Origin: an uncultured virus (IMG/VR IMGVR_UViG_3300029985_000693) | Taxonomy: Duplodnaviria; Heunggongvirae; Uroviricota; Caudoviricetes | Length of the DNA stretch: 63,960 nucleotides | Virus record (IMG/VR): IMGVR_UViG_3300029985_000693 | Location: 62,001 to 125,960 of that record | Reading direction: 5' to 3' (one strand) | Shown: piece after piece, positions 1 through 9,837 of the stretch | How the letters are laid out: every line of letters begins with the position of its first letter | Position numbering within the stretch: position 1 is the first letter of the stretch | Notes under the pieces: model-generated | Told to the model about the DNA's origin: nothing | Seen by the model: the letters and a program-made list of their open reading frames with translations, nothing else | Database searches by the model: none | Translations under genes and position numbers: made by a program

Positions 1-275
1 AAGTTAGGAATAGACTTACCCATATCGACGTAAAACTGATTTGCATCAAACACCAGCGTATCTACCGAAGGCTCTACATCATCGGCAAATACAGGCGTAA
101 CCGCCTTAGCAATGAGACCACCGTATGAAGAACGTAAGTTCTTTAGCTCTTCCACAGATTGGTTCTTACGCATGGTCCAAGCCGCACGAACGTTCAAGGG
201 AACCTCATCCACATTCATAGTGCTGGCCTTGACAGCCAATTTGGCCTTGTCTACGATAATATCTATTTTATCCAT
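1..275 (-). CDS. hypothetical protein (runs off window edge)
   Basis: ATG at 275 (MDKIDIIVDKAKLAVK...), open to position 1, AGGA upstream. Confidence 0.6.
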   Translation of the reverse strand, partial: MDKIDIIVDKAKLAVKASTMNVDEVPLNVRAAWTMRKNQSVEELKNLRSSYGGLIAKAVTPVFADDVEPSVDTLVFDANQFYVDMGKSIPN

Positions 276-298
276 TATTAGATTTTCCTTTAAACTAT

Positions 299-508
299 TT
301 ACGTAACCACTTGAAATAACTTAGCGAATGCAGTTTGGTCCAATACTTGAACAATACCAGTTTCATGGTCCCTGACAACCCAGTCGCCAGGATTGGCGTT
401 AAGTGCAAAACCAAAGGGGGTTTCGACTTGAATATAATCATCAACTTGATACGCTATTGCCGGTGTAGGTTGATGTACCACCTGTAAATATACGATTTCT
501 TTAGCCAT
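299..508 (-). CDS. hypothetical phage protein
   Basis: 69 aa ORF in minus-strand operon, ANPGDWVVRD motif. Confidence 0.6.
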   Translation of the reverse strand: MAKEIVYLQVVHQPTPAIAYQVDDYIQVETPFGFALNANPGDWVVRDHETGIVQVLDQTAFAKLFQVVT

Positions 509-914
509 TTTTATTCTTCCTTTTTACCTTCAGCACGTCCGCTAGATTAAGAAGAGGAAACACAAGACGATCTGCTTGATTTTCGTCGTAATAAGCATGA
601 TCATTCGCCTCCATTACAAGGTCGGCAGCGGTTTCAAATGAAGTCGGATTGCGACTCCAAGGCATTTGTTCGTCATGAAGGTAGTTAGCTTCCCACTTGA
701 CGTGACCAAGAGCGCAGCTTGGGCCAATGATCTTATCTTTTGAATCAACATTCAATAAATCATTAAATGAATAAAATGTATTATTTGAAACAATAGGTTC
801 CTTTTTGAATTCCTGTCCAATGTCAAAATGCTTTACTTCCCCACTTGCACATTTTAACGCTAGATTGCGCGCTGCTCGTGCCATTCGTGTACGGATCTTA
901 TCTTGTGTAGCCAT
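501..914 (-). CDS. hypothetical protein
   Basis: 137 aa ORF overlapping downstream start. Confidence 0.6.
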   Translation of the reverse strand: MATQDKIRTRMARAARNLALKCASGEVKHFDIGQEFKKEPIVSNNTFYSFNDLLNVDSKDKIIGPSCALGHVKWEANYLHDEQMPWSRNPTSFETAADLVMEANDHAYYDENQADRLVFPLLNLADVLKVKRKNKNG

Positions 915-1113
915 TTTTTATTCTTCCTTTTGGGTTATAGGTTCTCTTATTACATTGATTAAAAACTTAACAACAAGATACACTAAAAAAACTTACTTGT
1001 CAAGCAAGACGGGTGGATTTTAAATAATTTGCAGCATTAACACAAAATTATCAATATCTTCCATTTTTTATTCTTCCTTTTGGGTTATAGGTTCTCTTAT
1101 TACATTGATTAAA
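911..1113. repeat. 53-bp exact direct repeat (911-963 and 1061-1113) of the dnaE 3' end plus following ATG
   Basis: CCATTTTTTATTCTTCCTTTTGGGTTATAGGTTCTCTTATTACATTGATTAAA twice, 150 bp apart. Confidence 0.95.
975..1003 (-). promoter_or_regulatory. sigma70-type promoter
   Basis: TTGACA-N17-TATCTT between the two repeat copies. Confidence 0.7.
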
Positions 1114-4100
1114 TCAAGTGAAGGATCTTTCCCCTTCTTTGATTTAGTTAAAACAGCAATAACTATACAGCCTGTCAAGTCTTTTTTGAAGGAAGATATT
1201 AACTCTCCTGTATTGTAATCTGGCCACTTTACCACTTTAATTTGTTGTCCAGCTACATCCAATACATACTCCGCAGCTTCCTTGGTTCCATGGTAAGTAA
1301 ACAACCTATACTCCAAAACAACCGCCGCTACAGCCACTGTTGTCTTATTTGGCAATACGGGTAAATCTTCAAGCATAGACAAATAGGAGGGGTTAACAAA
1401 CGGATATCGATCTAGGTAAACATACATCCGTTTTTCTTCATTCCTGGTAACATCCTGGATTTTAGAATCTACCATAATAGGAAGAACAGATCCAGCAAAA
1501 TAAGGCATAAGTTGTTTACGGTACTGGTATCGAGTCAAAGCGTCAAATTTAAGAAACTTTTGTTCTATTGATTTTTGTTTAGATCCAGTAATTAATGCTT
1601 TTTCTTGTTCATACAGTTGTAATTTAGACAATATGTCCATATTTTCAGGAAATAGAGAATCAGCAATACCAGATATAATCAAATTATAAGCAACCTTGCG
1701 ATTTATAGCAGAGTGAGCTTTTTTAATCTTTGGTGGTTCGTTAGGAGTGGAGAATAGGTCTATTTGTTTGGATTCCTTAACCTCTGGCTCTATTGTAGTT
1801 CCATTGGCAATACTTTCGTTTTCTATCTTTTGCAAGAAATCCTTAATATCAGTAAATGGACCAAGCTTGGTCAATTCCAAATACGCCTTTTCTCCAACCC
1901 CCTCTAATAACCATAGCGGGGCTCTTAGTTTGTTTCCTTCTACGATAAAGCCAGAACCGGAGTATTTAATGTCCGGCAACAAAACAAAGCTAGAGCAATA
2001 CTTCCAAAACTTTTCTTGTATTTCATTTCTATTAGAGTTGGAGAGAACAGCGCACCACCACTGCAAGGGGTAGAAATGTTTTAAATAGGCAGTAGCGTAA
2101 GCCGTAACTGCATAGCAGCAGGCATGGGACTTGTTGAAAGAATAACGACTAGAAGTCACCAATTGCTCCCAGACCTTTTCTCCCACTTCTTCCCCAACCG
2201 TATCCTTGGCTCCACGCATGAAAATTTCTTTATCTTTAAGGACCTTTTCGGTGTTTTTCTTGGATGCATGACTACGGAACCCTTCGGCTTCTACCGATGT
2301 AGCCCTACCTACCTCTCGAAAAACCTTAGAGGCAGTTTCTTGGAATACCAAAACCCCGTATGTATCGGGGGAAATATCTTGAAGTTCCTGAATCAAACCA
2401 ATAGGTTTATCACCTTTGGCCCTTGCTACATATTCCTCCAACATGTTCCGAGATGTGGTTCCATCTGAAACAACAGCATCTAGTGTTCCTGGACGATCCA
2501 AAGCTGTAAATACAGCTATATCGGAAATACTGTTTATACCCATCTTTCCGTTTGATTTTTGAAAGTTGAATAACTGTAAGTATTTTTTCGCACCAGACGT
2601 GTTTAATTGAAAGACAGTTTCAGTTTTACCGTCTAATATATCTTTGAATACTTCATCTTTTTCTGGTAAATCCCATATATCATGTAAATTACCCTCTAAA
2701 TCAGGAACAAGCCTAAAACCAGGAACCCTACGACCATTTAAGGTGTGATCGTTTAGGTATTTAGGATCATTAGCTTGAATAATTTCTATACACTTAGAGA
2801 TATCTTCCAATATCTTAATTACCAGGAAGTCTATCTTAATACCACCAGCCTCTTCTACCTCGTCTTTGGTCCATTGGGTTGCGGTAACTCCATCAATATT
2901 CATTGTAGGTAGGAAACTAGAGATAGGCATATCTCTGTCAGTGATTACATACCCTCCGGCGTGTACCCCTTTGCCCTTTACCAAAGATAGGGCAAGTTTT
3001 GCTGTTTCCCATGCTTCGGGATAATTCAATACAAACTCTTTAAGGGCTGGATCGGTGTCTATAGCCCCTGGAACGAAGTCTTCATCCTTGGGTTGGTACC
3101 CAAACACATGGGCTTGGTCTGTAACGCCCTGAGGGGCATCCGCCATGCGTTTAGTCAAGGCATGGACCTCTTTAGAGACCTCACCGTAAAGAGCCCTACA
3201 TACATCCTTAATAGCTGATTTCAAGCGGAGGGTACCATTTGTAGAAATCTTAGCTACATGGTTCTTACCAAACCTACGCTCTAGGAAGCCAGGACGACCT
3301 TCGGTGCCATCAAGAATATCTCTATTGAATAAATCATGGTCAATGTCAGGATAAGAACCGCCCTGGATACGATCTGGAGTAATAAATCGAGATAAAGACA
3401 AATCATCTTTAAATGGATCTACATGGGTAATACCCAATAGATAAGCAATAAATACGCCAGCTGCGCTGCCCCTTCCTGGACCAGTAAGAAGACGGGCCTT
3501 TTCATATTCAGACAAAACCTCTTCCTGCGTAAAGAAATATGGCAAGAAGTCAGTAACACCATTCTTTTGTAGTAAAACAACCTCTTCCTTGAGACGTTCT
3601 ACATATTTAGGGTTACTCCAGTCCATCCTTCCATGCTTACGGATCAACTCAAATAGATACTTTACTGTATCGTGAGGATAGAATTGGGCTGGAAGTGACT
3701 TCTTATCTTGAAACTTAAAGTCCTTAAAACCAGAAGCCCAATTACGGCTATTCTCCACCCAAGAACGGAACTCATCCTCTTGTATCCCCATGTTTTGATT
3801 GAAAAATTCAAAACACTCGCTGGAGCTTTTACGCCAATAACCTTCTGAAAAGTGCCAATTGCCAGACTGTAATAGTCTAACCTTTTGAACAACCACATGT
3901 TCAGGAATAGCTACGTGGGAATCGTCTGATACTACAATTGGATCCCCATATTTTTTAGCTAAATCTATAACAAATTGATTGGCACCTATTTGCACGGCTC
4001 CATTGGGAGCGTATGGGGAGCATTCATTTTGTATGAATCCCTCCACCAGACGTATATTATTAAAATGAAACGGCTCTTCTTCAGTCAAAACCTTATAACG

Positions 4101-4895
4101 AAAGGTTCCGACCAGCCTATAATCGGCTTGTTTGTCCTTGAAACGCTTAGCGAGCGTCTTTCCGTCAATTTCATGACGCTTTCCTTTTGCATCTAGGACC
4201 AAAAGACGTTTATTTGGATGCAACCGTTTTTCGGTACCATCTGGATTGATTAAATATAGAGATTCCTCCCAGTTAGTATCACATTTATGTGGAAATACTT
4301 CCACAATAAAGTTTCCAGGTTTAACAATAGACCGTAGCTTTTCGTAGTATTTAACAGCGATATCTGGACGGTTCAGAGCAAGGTGGCCTTGAACAGCCCC
4401 AATTAAGCAGCTAGAGCCCATAGTCACGTTCTTGGACCCAAGCTCTTCAAGTTCTTCCCAGCCGAAGATCGGCTTCTTCTCAGATCCCCACGTTTCTGCC
4501 GTTTCGTCTGCAATTGAGATAAGACGTGCCGCTGTCTGGAAGGCTTCATAGTCCTTAAAATGCATTGTTACGTGAAAGTATTTACGATAATCAATATACG
4601 ATAATTGGTCTTTGGTTGGACCCTTTTCGGCTATTGTCTTGGATACACCCATAGACTTGAGAATTTCACACTCACGAGGGCGTAAATACGACTCCAAACC
4701 AAGTATTGGGGTAATCTTAGCCTTTTTAGCTAAATCGTAAATCTTGCGAACGCCAGCAAGAGTTCCATGGTCCGTAGTAGTAATATAGCCAGTGTTCAGG
4801 TCCAATTCTCTACGCAAAAAAGATTCTGGTGTTGAGCCAGAATCAAGAGAAAGGGTGTGACAATGTGGTGTAACTAGTGGATCGAAATCTTTCAT
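1068..4895 (-). CDS. dnaE: DNA polymerase III alpha subunit (family C) with PHP domain
   Basis: PHP motifs HCH, TDHG, DDSH; GRGSAAG; PDIDHD; KIDFL; FNKSHA; clamp-binding-like QIDLF. Confidence 0.95.
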   Translation of the reverse strand: MKDFDPLVTPHCHTLSLDSGSTPESFLRRELDLNTGYITTTDHGTLAGVRKIYDLAKKAKITPILGLESYLRPRECEILKSMGVSKTIAEKGPTKDQLSYIDYRKYFHVTMHFKDYEAFQTAARLISIADETAETWGSEKKPIFGWEELEELGSKNVTMGSSCLIGAVQGHLALNRPDIAVKYYEKLRSIVKPGNFIVEVFPHKCDTNWEESLYLINPDGTEKRLHPNKRLLVLDAKGKRHEIDGKTLAKRFKDKQADYRLVGTFRYKVLTEEEPFHFNNIRLVEGFIQNECSPYAPNGAVQIGANQFVIDLAKKYGDPIVVSDDSHVAIPEHVVVQKVRLLQSGNWHFSEGYWRKSSSECFEFFNQNMGIQEDEFRSWVENSRNWASGFKDFKFQDKKSLPAQFYPHDTVKYLFELIRKHGRMDWSNPKYVERLKEEVVLLQKNGVTDFLPYFFTQEEVLSEYEKARLLTGPGRGSAAGVFIAYLLGITHVDPFKDDLSLSRFITPDRIQGGSYPDIDHDLFNRDILDGTEGRPGFLERRFGKNHVAKISTNGTLRLKSAIKDVCRALYGEVSKEVHALTKRMADAPQGVTDQAHVFGYQPKDEDFVPGAIDTDPALKEFVLNYPEAWETAKLALSLVKGKGVHAGGYVITDRDMPISSFLPTMNIDGVTATQWTKDEVEEAGGIKIDFLVIKILEDISKCIEIIQANDPKYLNDHTLNGRRVPGFRLVPDLEGNLHDIWDLPEKDEVFKDILDGKTETVFQLNTSGAKKYLQLFNFQKSNGKMGINSISDIAVFTALDRPGTLDAVVSDGTTSRNMLEEYVARAKGDKPIGLIQELQDISPDTYGVLVFQETASKVFREVGRATSVEAEGFRSHASKKNTEKVLKDKEIFMRGAKDTVGEEVGEKVWEQLVTSSRYSFNKSHACCYAVTAYATAYLKHFYPLQWWCAVLSNSNRNEIQEKFWKYCSSFVLLPDIKYSGSGFIVEGNKLRAPLWLLEGVGEKAYLELTKLGPFTDIKDFLQKIENESIANGTTIEPEVKESKQIDLFSTPNEPPKIKKAHSAINRKVAYNLIISGIADSLFPENMDILSKLQLYEQEKALITGSKQKSIEQKFLKFDALTRYQYRKQLMPYFAGSVLPIMVDSKIQDVTRNEEKRMYVYLDRYPFVNPSYLSMLEDLPVLPNKTTVAVAAVVLEYRLFTYHGTKEAAEYVLDVAGQQIKVVKWPDYNTGELISSFKKDLTGCIVIAVLTKSKKGKDPSLDLINVIREPITQKEE

Positions 4896-4904
4896 TGGTT
4901 AATC

Positions 4905-4933
4905 AATGTAGCACAACGACCAACACTAGTCAA
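4905..4933 (-). promoter_or_regulatory. sigma70-type promoter of dnaE
   Basis: TTGACT-N17-TACATT with TG extension, 9 nt from ATG. Confidence 0.7.
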
Positions 4934-5368
4934 CTAACCATTGAGGAATCTTAAGAATCCATGCAAAAAATCACTAATTCTATTGAATTCCAAAGAAACC
5001 AAAAACCACAAAGGAAAATAATGCCAATTAATCATACCTAGTATGCTTCCAGAACCTTTGTATTCCCAGGGGTTTCTATCTGTGAATCTTTTATAAATAA
5101 AAGCCCATATGAATTCAGAACTGTATATAACTAAAACATACAATATGGAGGTCAAAAACCAACCACAATGCATATTCACCTTAAGACACTCTAAGGCCAT
5201 ACCAGCTGTACTATATACAGGTATTACGCTAAGATGACTGTACGTTACAAAGTGTACATCTCTATGTTTTATATAGGATTTTAGACCGGTAAATAGGTTT
5301 TCAAGTAATAAACCTACAACCCCTATGGCCAGAGCGTGTTGTAGCCATAGAAGTTGCATAGGAATCAC
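4934..5368 (-). CDS. membrane protein, CmpB/TMEM229-like
   Basis: Several hydrophobic helices, PWEY..S..G.I..HYFPLW motif. Confidence 0.6.
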   Translation of the reverse strand: MIPMQLLWLQHALAIGVVGLLLENLFTGLKSYIKHRDVHFVTYSHLSVIPVYSTAGMALECLKVNMHCGWFLTSILYVLVIYSSEFIWAFIYKRFTDRNPWEYKGSGSILGMINWHYFPLWFLVSLEFNRISDFLHGFLRFLNG

Positions 5369-5385
5369 CCTATGTTTAAATATTA

Positions 5386-5733
5386 CTAGAGATTTTTATG
5401 CAAATGAGGTAATGAAAGTAAAATAGTATTAAATAGTTTATCTATAGTGGGATCCCAAGACTTTTCTACACTATTTTCCATGATTATTTGCTGTAGATAG
5501 GCTAGAAGGTCCAAAGCCTCCATTAAGGCATCAGCTCTGGCGTTACGACCATTAAAGGGCATCAAAGGAACACCATACCTTTTAATTCCAACCTCATTAC
5601 GCTCTACCATTAAATCTATAATAGATTCTGGAAGATCTACATTTCGGGCCTTTTCAAGAACCTCATGCCAACAACTATTAAAATCAGCAGACTTATTGAC
5701 TGGTTCTGGTTGGTCCAGACTATAAGCTTCCAC
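5386..5733 (-). CDS. hypothetical phage protein
   Basis: ERNEVGIKRYG..L...NGR..DA..EALD pattern seen in phage proteins. Confidence 0.6.
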   Translation of the reverse strand: MEAYSLDQPEPVNKSADFNSCWHEVLEKARNVDLPESIIDLMVERNEVGIKRYGVPLMPFNGRNARADALMEALDLLAYLQQIIMENSVEKSWDPTIDKLFNTILLSLPHLHKNL

Positions 5734-6035
5734 TAAATAACTCCTAGGATTACCCTGAGTTTACTTACTATGTCTGAATATAATTCATCCAGGTCTTCAG
5801 TGGAAATAAGAAGACTTTGAGCTATAGTGTGATCTGGTATTGGACCATCAAAACGTTCAATCATCTTATCCAAAGAATAACCATAACGTTTGCAGTACAC
5901 GTAATCAGGATCGGTATGTATTTTTTCTCTTATCTCTTTAGGGTTTAAGGACACTAGGGACTCGAAACTGTAAAATCTTTGCGGTTGCGGGAGGAGGTTT
6001 GGACTTATTGATGCGTTCAAGTGTTTTAAGTTCAT
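5733..6035 (-). CDS. hypothetical protein
   Basis: 100 aa ORF coupled to neighbours. Confidence 0.5.
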   Translation of the reverse strand: MNLKHLNASISPNLLPQPQRFYSFESLVSLNPKEIREKIHTDPDYVYCKRYGYSLDKMIERFDGPIPDHTIAQSLLISTEDLDELYSDIVSKLRVILGVI

Positions 6036-6324
6036 CCTCTATTTTCTTCTTTTGATTATTAGCCTGTTGACAATCTTGTTTGGTTTTAGCTAGGCATTCC
6101 TTGATTTTAATAATATCTTCCTTGGTCTTTAAGTACTCAAACATCTTGACTATCTTGGCGTCTTTCATGTTCCGATGGTGTTTTGTTAGCTTTTTCAGCT
6201 CAGAAACCAATTCAACTGAAAAAACAGACATTTTGGTTATAATGTCATTTACACCGCTAAGTTTGATATTTACGTCAAGTATATCTGAATCAATCTGTCC
6301 CATACCATTAATATTGGCAGTCAT
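5938..6324 (-). CDS. hypothetical coiled-coil protein
   Basis: 128 aa Lys/Glu-rich ORF. Confidence 0.55.
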   Translation of the reverse strand: MTANINGMGQIDSDILDVNIKLSGVNDIITKMSVFSVELVSELKKLTKHHRNMKDAKIVKMFEYLKTKEDIIKIKECLAKTKQDCQQANNQKKKIEDELKTLERINKSKPPPATAKILQFRVPSVLKP

Positions 6325-7578
6325 CTAAGCTGGGAAACCGGGCCAAGCAGGTATAATGGAGTCCAAAGTAGTATCACGGTCTGTTTCTTCAGATACTTCA
6401 ATAAACCTATAGTCGCCAAAGGGATGATCTGGGACTGATTCCCATAGAGTTTGACCATTGGCCATATCCATAGAACCTATAGATTGGGAGTAAGGATCCG
6501 GAGGAATAAGGGCTCCGTTTGTAATAATTACCTTGTGGGGTAGTCTTACTACCGAAGCTGTATGTACGTGCCCTACGGCAAACATATCATAAGACACACC
6601 CAACGGCTTAGCGGCATTTATCTTATTTGTTTGATTTTCCAATGATTTAATGTTGATATTACTGGAAGGGAACCCTACATTGAGGACAGTATCACCGTGA
6701 GTTAAAAACAAATGAGAATTATGAATAGGTACATCTACGTATGGAGTTAGGGGTATATGGAACCTAACATTTGACAATCCAATCGTAGCCCTATAAACTC
6801 CATAGTATATATCCATTTCATTGGAATCCCACTTTTGGTCTACGCCCCGGTCTTTGTGACGGGACTTATCTCTTCCGTGGTTACCAGTGGTACAATAGAC
6901 ATCAACCAATGGAAATTCCTTGCTAAATATCTTAACGGCTTTTTCTATTAGCCACATAGCCCTAGCAACCTGTTCTCTAACAGGAGCGCCCTGGCGAGGA
7001 TCGTGTAGGCATCCTTGAATTATATCCCCTCCAAGCAATAAGTTTAACTTGGTTTCTTTTCGATATTGGGGCTTATAATTAACCGTCTCTAATATAACCT
7101 TTGAAAACCTACGAGCCTCTTCAGTCTTGCCATAAGGCAGGGGACATTCTGCTCCATTTAGGTCTGAACCGAAGTGGGTGTCAGATATAAACAGAGTAAC
7201 CTCCCTGGTGGTCTTTACGTTGACCTTTTTGATATTAGGAGGGGTCCATTTATAATTTGAAAACCCCTTATCGATATAATTACAAAGATCTTCCCCTACT
7301 ACTTGTCGGAAAATAGCCTCCTCTTTGGTCTTTTTGACTGTTTTTGCGGTTGTCTTGTCCCGTTTGGACTCTATGTCTGATTCGGTAATAGGAGTAAAAA
7401 GGGTATTTCTAAATTCATTGAACTTTTTGGAACCCAACTTGGACCAATATTCAATCAATGAATGATTATAACCGGTTTCGTTTTCCAGAATGTCTTTAAA
7501 TTCCTTTAAAGTAATCCTGGATGGCTCTGTCGAATGAGCCAATATCAGTTTTTCTGTTATTTTACGGGGTTGAGACAT
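6325..7578 (-). CDS. calcineurin-like metallophosphoesterase
   Basis: SDTH, GGD, GNHG, HGD, GHVH motifs. Confidence 0.85.
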   Translation of the reverse strand: MSQPRKITEKLILAHSTEPSRITLKEFKDILENETGYNHSLIEYWSKLGSKKFNEFRNTLFTPITESDIESKRDKTTAKTVKKTKEEAIFRQVVGEDLCNYIDKGFSNYKWTPPNIKKVNVKTTREVTLFISDTHFGSDLNGAECPLPYGKTEEARRFSKVILETVNYKPQYRKETKLNLLLGGDIIQGCLHDPRQGAPVREQVARAMWLIEKAVKIFSKEFPLVDVYCTTGNHGRDKSRHKDRGVDQKWDSNEMDIYYGVYRATIGLSNVRFHIPLTPYVDVPIHNSHLFLTHGDTVLNVGFPSSNINIKSLENQTNKINAAKPLGVSYDMFAVGHVHTASVVRLPHKVIITNGALIPPDPYSQSIGSMDMANGQTLWESVPDHPFGDYRFIEVSEETDRDTTLDSIIPAWPGFPA

Positions 7579-8186
7579 TAAGCTACCGCCTGGGTTGATT
7601 CCTTACTGGCAGCAGCCTTCTGTAGAGCCTCTTGATCTACATCCCAAAGCTCTAGAACCTCGGTACGGACGCCCGGTTGAACACTGAAGGTGTCTCCAAC
7701 CTTCTTTCCAGCAACGAGAGCCTTGTATTCGTCCTTAAAGTCTACAAACTTAGTTAGGGCAAAGCCAGGACCGATTACTTTCTCGGGTGTCGTCTCGGTA
7801 GCCTCAGCAACGTCTCGAGTGACAAGAAATGTTAATTCTGACACGCTCTCGGCAGTACGAACCAGCCCCTGAGTCTTCCAACCCTCTAGCATGGCTTTTT
7901 GATTGTCAGCTTCAGTTTTAGCCTTGACTTCCCGATTTTCCTTAATACGATTGGAAATCAGATCGGCAATGTCACTTTTTAGAGTTGTACCGATAACTTC
8001 TACCATTGCTGTAATAATTTCAGATTGAAGACCAATGGCTTCTTTGTGATTCTTACTCATCTTATTGAAGCCAGCTTGTGTTTGCTCTAATAGATTGACA
8101 ACATCTTTTTGGACGCCCTCTAATTGTTGCTCTAGAGCTAGTTGCTTTGTTTTCATACCGCTGAAGGGGATTTTAGGTGAAGACAT
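7578..8186 (-). CDS. hypothetical protein
   Basis: 202 aa; N-terminal coiled coil, C-terminal beta-rich domain. Confidence 0.65.
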   Translation of the reverse strand: MSSPKIPFSGMKTKQLALEQQLEGVQKDVVNLLEQTQAGFNKMSKNHKEAIGLQSEIITAMVEVIGTTLKSDIADLISNRIKENREVKAKTEADNQKAMLEGWKTQGLVRTAESVSELTFLVTRDVAEATETTPEKVIGPGFALTKFVDFKDEYKALVAGKKVGDTFSVQPGVRTEVLELWDVDQEALQKAAASKESTQAVA

Positions 8187-8210
8187 TTTATTGGATTCCT
8201 TTGTTTTGGT

Positions 8211-9167
8211 TTATTCTTCTACTACATTACGAGTCATTCCACGTTGGACTAATCCAGCAACGCTACTTTCAGCCACTCCAGAACGAAGACCTGGAACCGC
8301 TGACACATTTAAAGCAGCTATTCTTTGATTGTATTGAGTTTGAGCATGAGCACTTGCGTTTAAATTAGTTTCCCATTCCTGTTTCGAAGGGGCTGGTTTC
8401 ATTTGAGAGGTGTCGGTGGGGTATACTTGACCACTCTTGGTTACTTCTACTTCTTTTTCATACACTTCATTAGTTTCTATATTATGGACTAAAGCCTTCC
8501 TGGTTTCAACTGTTTTTTTAAACTTGGCTTTAGGTGTTTTAACCTTAACGGGCTCAACAGGAGGATTTTTTGATTTCTTTTCCTTGACCATTTGAAGACC
8601 AGACTTAGTTTTTACCAAAATACGAGGAGGTTTAGTCTCCACCGATGGTGTTGGGGGAGGCAGGGTCTCTGGTTCTTTGACTGTGGGCTTCTTGGCTTTT
8701 GGTTTCTTAGGAGCGTCAGGAGGCTTGGGGGACATTTCGGGCTTCGGGGGTAGGCTTTGAGCCATGCTACTGGCGAACTGCACTATATTGGGCTCTGGAG
8801 GCTTAATTTCAGACATTGGAGAGGGGCTGGAACCCATGATCTTGGCGGCTAGGATCTTTAAAGCTAAAATCTCTTCCCTGGTAAGGCCACTATTGGTATC
8901 TTGCTGTTTTAGACCAAACAGACTTTCTATTTCTGATTTGGCAAAATTCTTAAGTTTGTCAGATATGTAAACGGTAATACGATTTTGCTCTTCAAATAAT
9001 ACAGTGTTGATAAACTCTTGTAAATACTTGATAATTTCTACTCTAGATTCTATTTCGGCAGCAAAATTTGTAGTTGTAGCATGAACAGGGACAACACCCC
9101 TAACCTGTGGCTTAATAGGTTGGGGTGTCTCCTCTTCTATTTCTGTGTCAAAAGCTGATTCGTTCAT
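8211..9167 (-). CDS. hypothetical protein with Pro/Lys-rich linker
   Basis: 318 aa ORF. Confidence 0.65.
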   Translation of the reverse strand: MNESAFDTEIEEETPQPIKPQVRGVVPVHATTTNFAAEIESRVEIIKYLQEFINTVLFEEQNRITVYISDKLKNFAKSEIESLFGLKQQDTNSGLTREEILALKILAAKIMGSSPSPMSEIKPPEPNIVQFASSMAQSLPPKPEMSPKPPDAPKKPKAKKPTVKEPETLPPPTPSVETKPPRILVKTKSGLQMVKEKKSKNPPVEPVKVKTPKAKFKKTVETRKALVHNIETNEVYEKEVEVTKSGQVYPTDTSQMKPAPSKQEWETNLNASAHAQTQYNQRIAALNVSAVPGLRSGVAESSVAGLVQRGMTRNVVEE

Positions 9168-9187
9168 CTAAATATACCCTATCAGAC

Positions 9188-9835
9188 TTACTTCTTAAAG
9201 TCAACATCTATTACCACGGGAGCATGGATAGGTCGGTAATACTCGTCTACGGAAGACACATTGTAATAGGAGATCCCGTTTTGGTCTGTACTTCCACGAC
9301 CCTCATGGATGTGACCAAAAACTACAACTTTTGGCTTAACCTCTTGTATTTTATAAAGCAAAGCCAAAGATCCTACACTTAAGCCACCATCACGTCCAAC
9401 ATAATCTAAAATACCATACGGCGGACCGTGACTAATTACAAGGTCGGTATCTGCACTCATCGCTTCAAAATGTTTTGTAAGTTGAGTATCTGTACCCATA
9501 AAAGTCCAATTATAGAAATTGGGAGTATACGGAGTACCAAATATTTTAACACCATTTATTTCTATATTTTCATTAATTAGCAATTTAATACCAGCATCAT
9601 TAAATTGTACTTTAGTCAAATCAGGAGCAGACTCAACAAATCTATCGTGATTACCAGGAACACAAACTACACCATAGGTATAGTTTTGTTTTACAGAAGA
9701 CATCCACTTTATAAAATAAAAAGTCTCTACATATGCTCCCCCTCCAGACCAATCCCCACAATGAACCAAAAGATCTCCATGGGGTAGATCTTTGAGTTCA
9801 TAGCCATGGGTATCACTTATTAATACTATTTTCAT
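9188..9835 (-). CDS. metallophosphoesterase (MPPED/239FB-like)
   Basis: Start MKIVLISDTHG at 9835; HCGD, GNHD, SHGPP, GHIHE. Confidence 0.9.
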   Translation of the reverse strand: MKIVLISDTHGYELKDLPHGDLLVHCGDWSGGGAYVETFYFIKWMSSVKQNYTYGVVCVPGNHDRFVESAPDLTKVQFNDAGIKLLINENIEINGVKIFGTPYTPNFYNWTFMGTDTQLTKHFEAMSADTDLVISHGPPYGILDYVGRDGGLSVGSLALLYKIQEVKPKVVVFGHIHEGRGSTDQNGISYYNVSSVDEYYRPIHAPVVIDVDFKK

Positions 9836-9837
9836 TT

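Noticed and set aside
4020..4285. Possible mini-intein in the DnaE PHP domain (CDTNW...PDG...GFIQN)
   Set aside because: About 85 aa is too short, there is no TxxH block, and the residue after Asn is Glu; treated as an ordinary insertion
7578..7850. Trigger-factor/FKBP-like domain in the 202-aa ORF
   Set aside because: Only a loose ALVAGKKVGD resemblance; insufficient without a profile search
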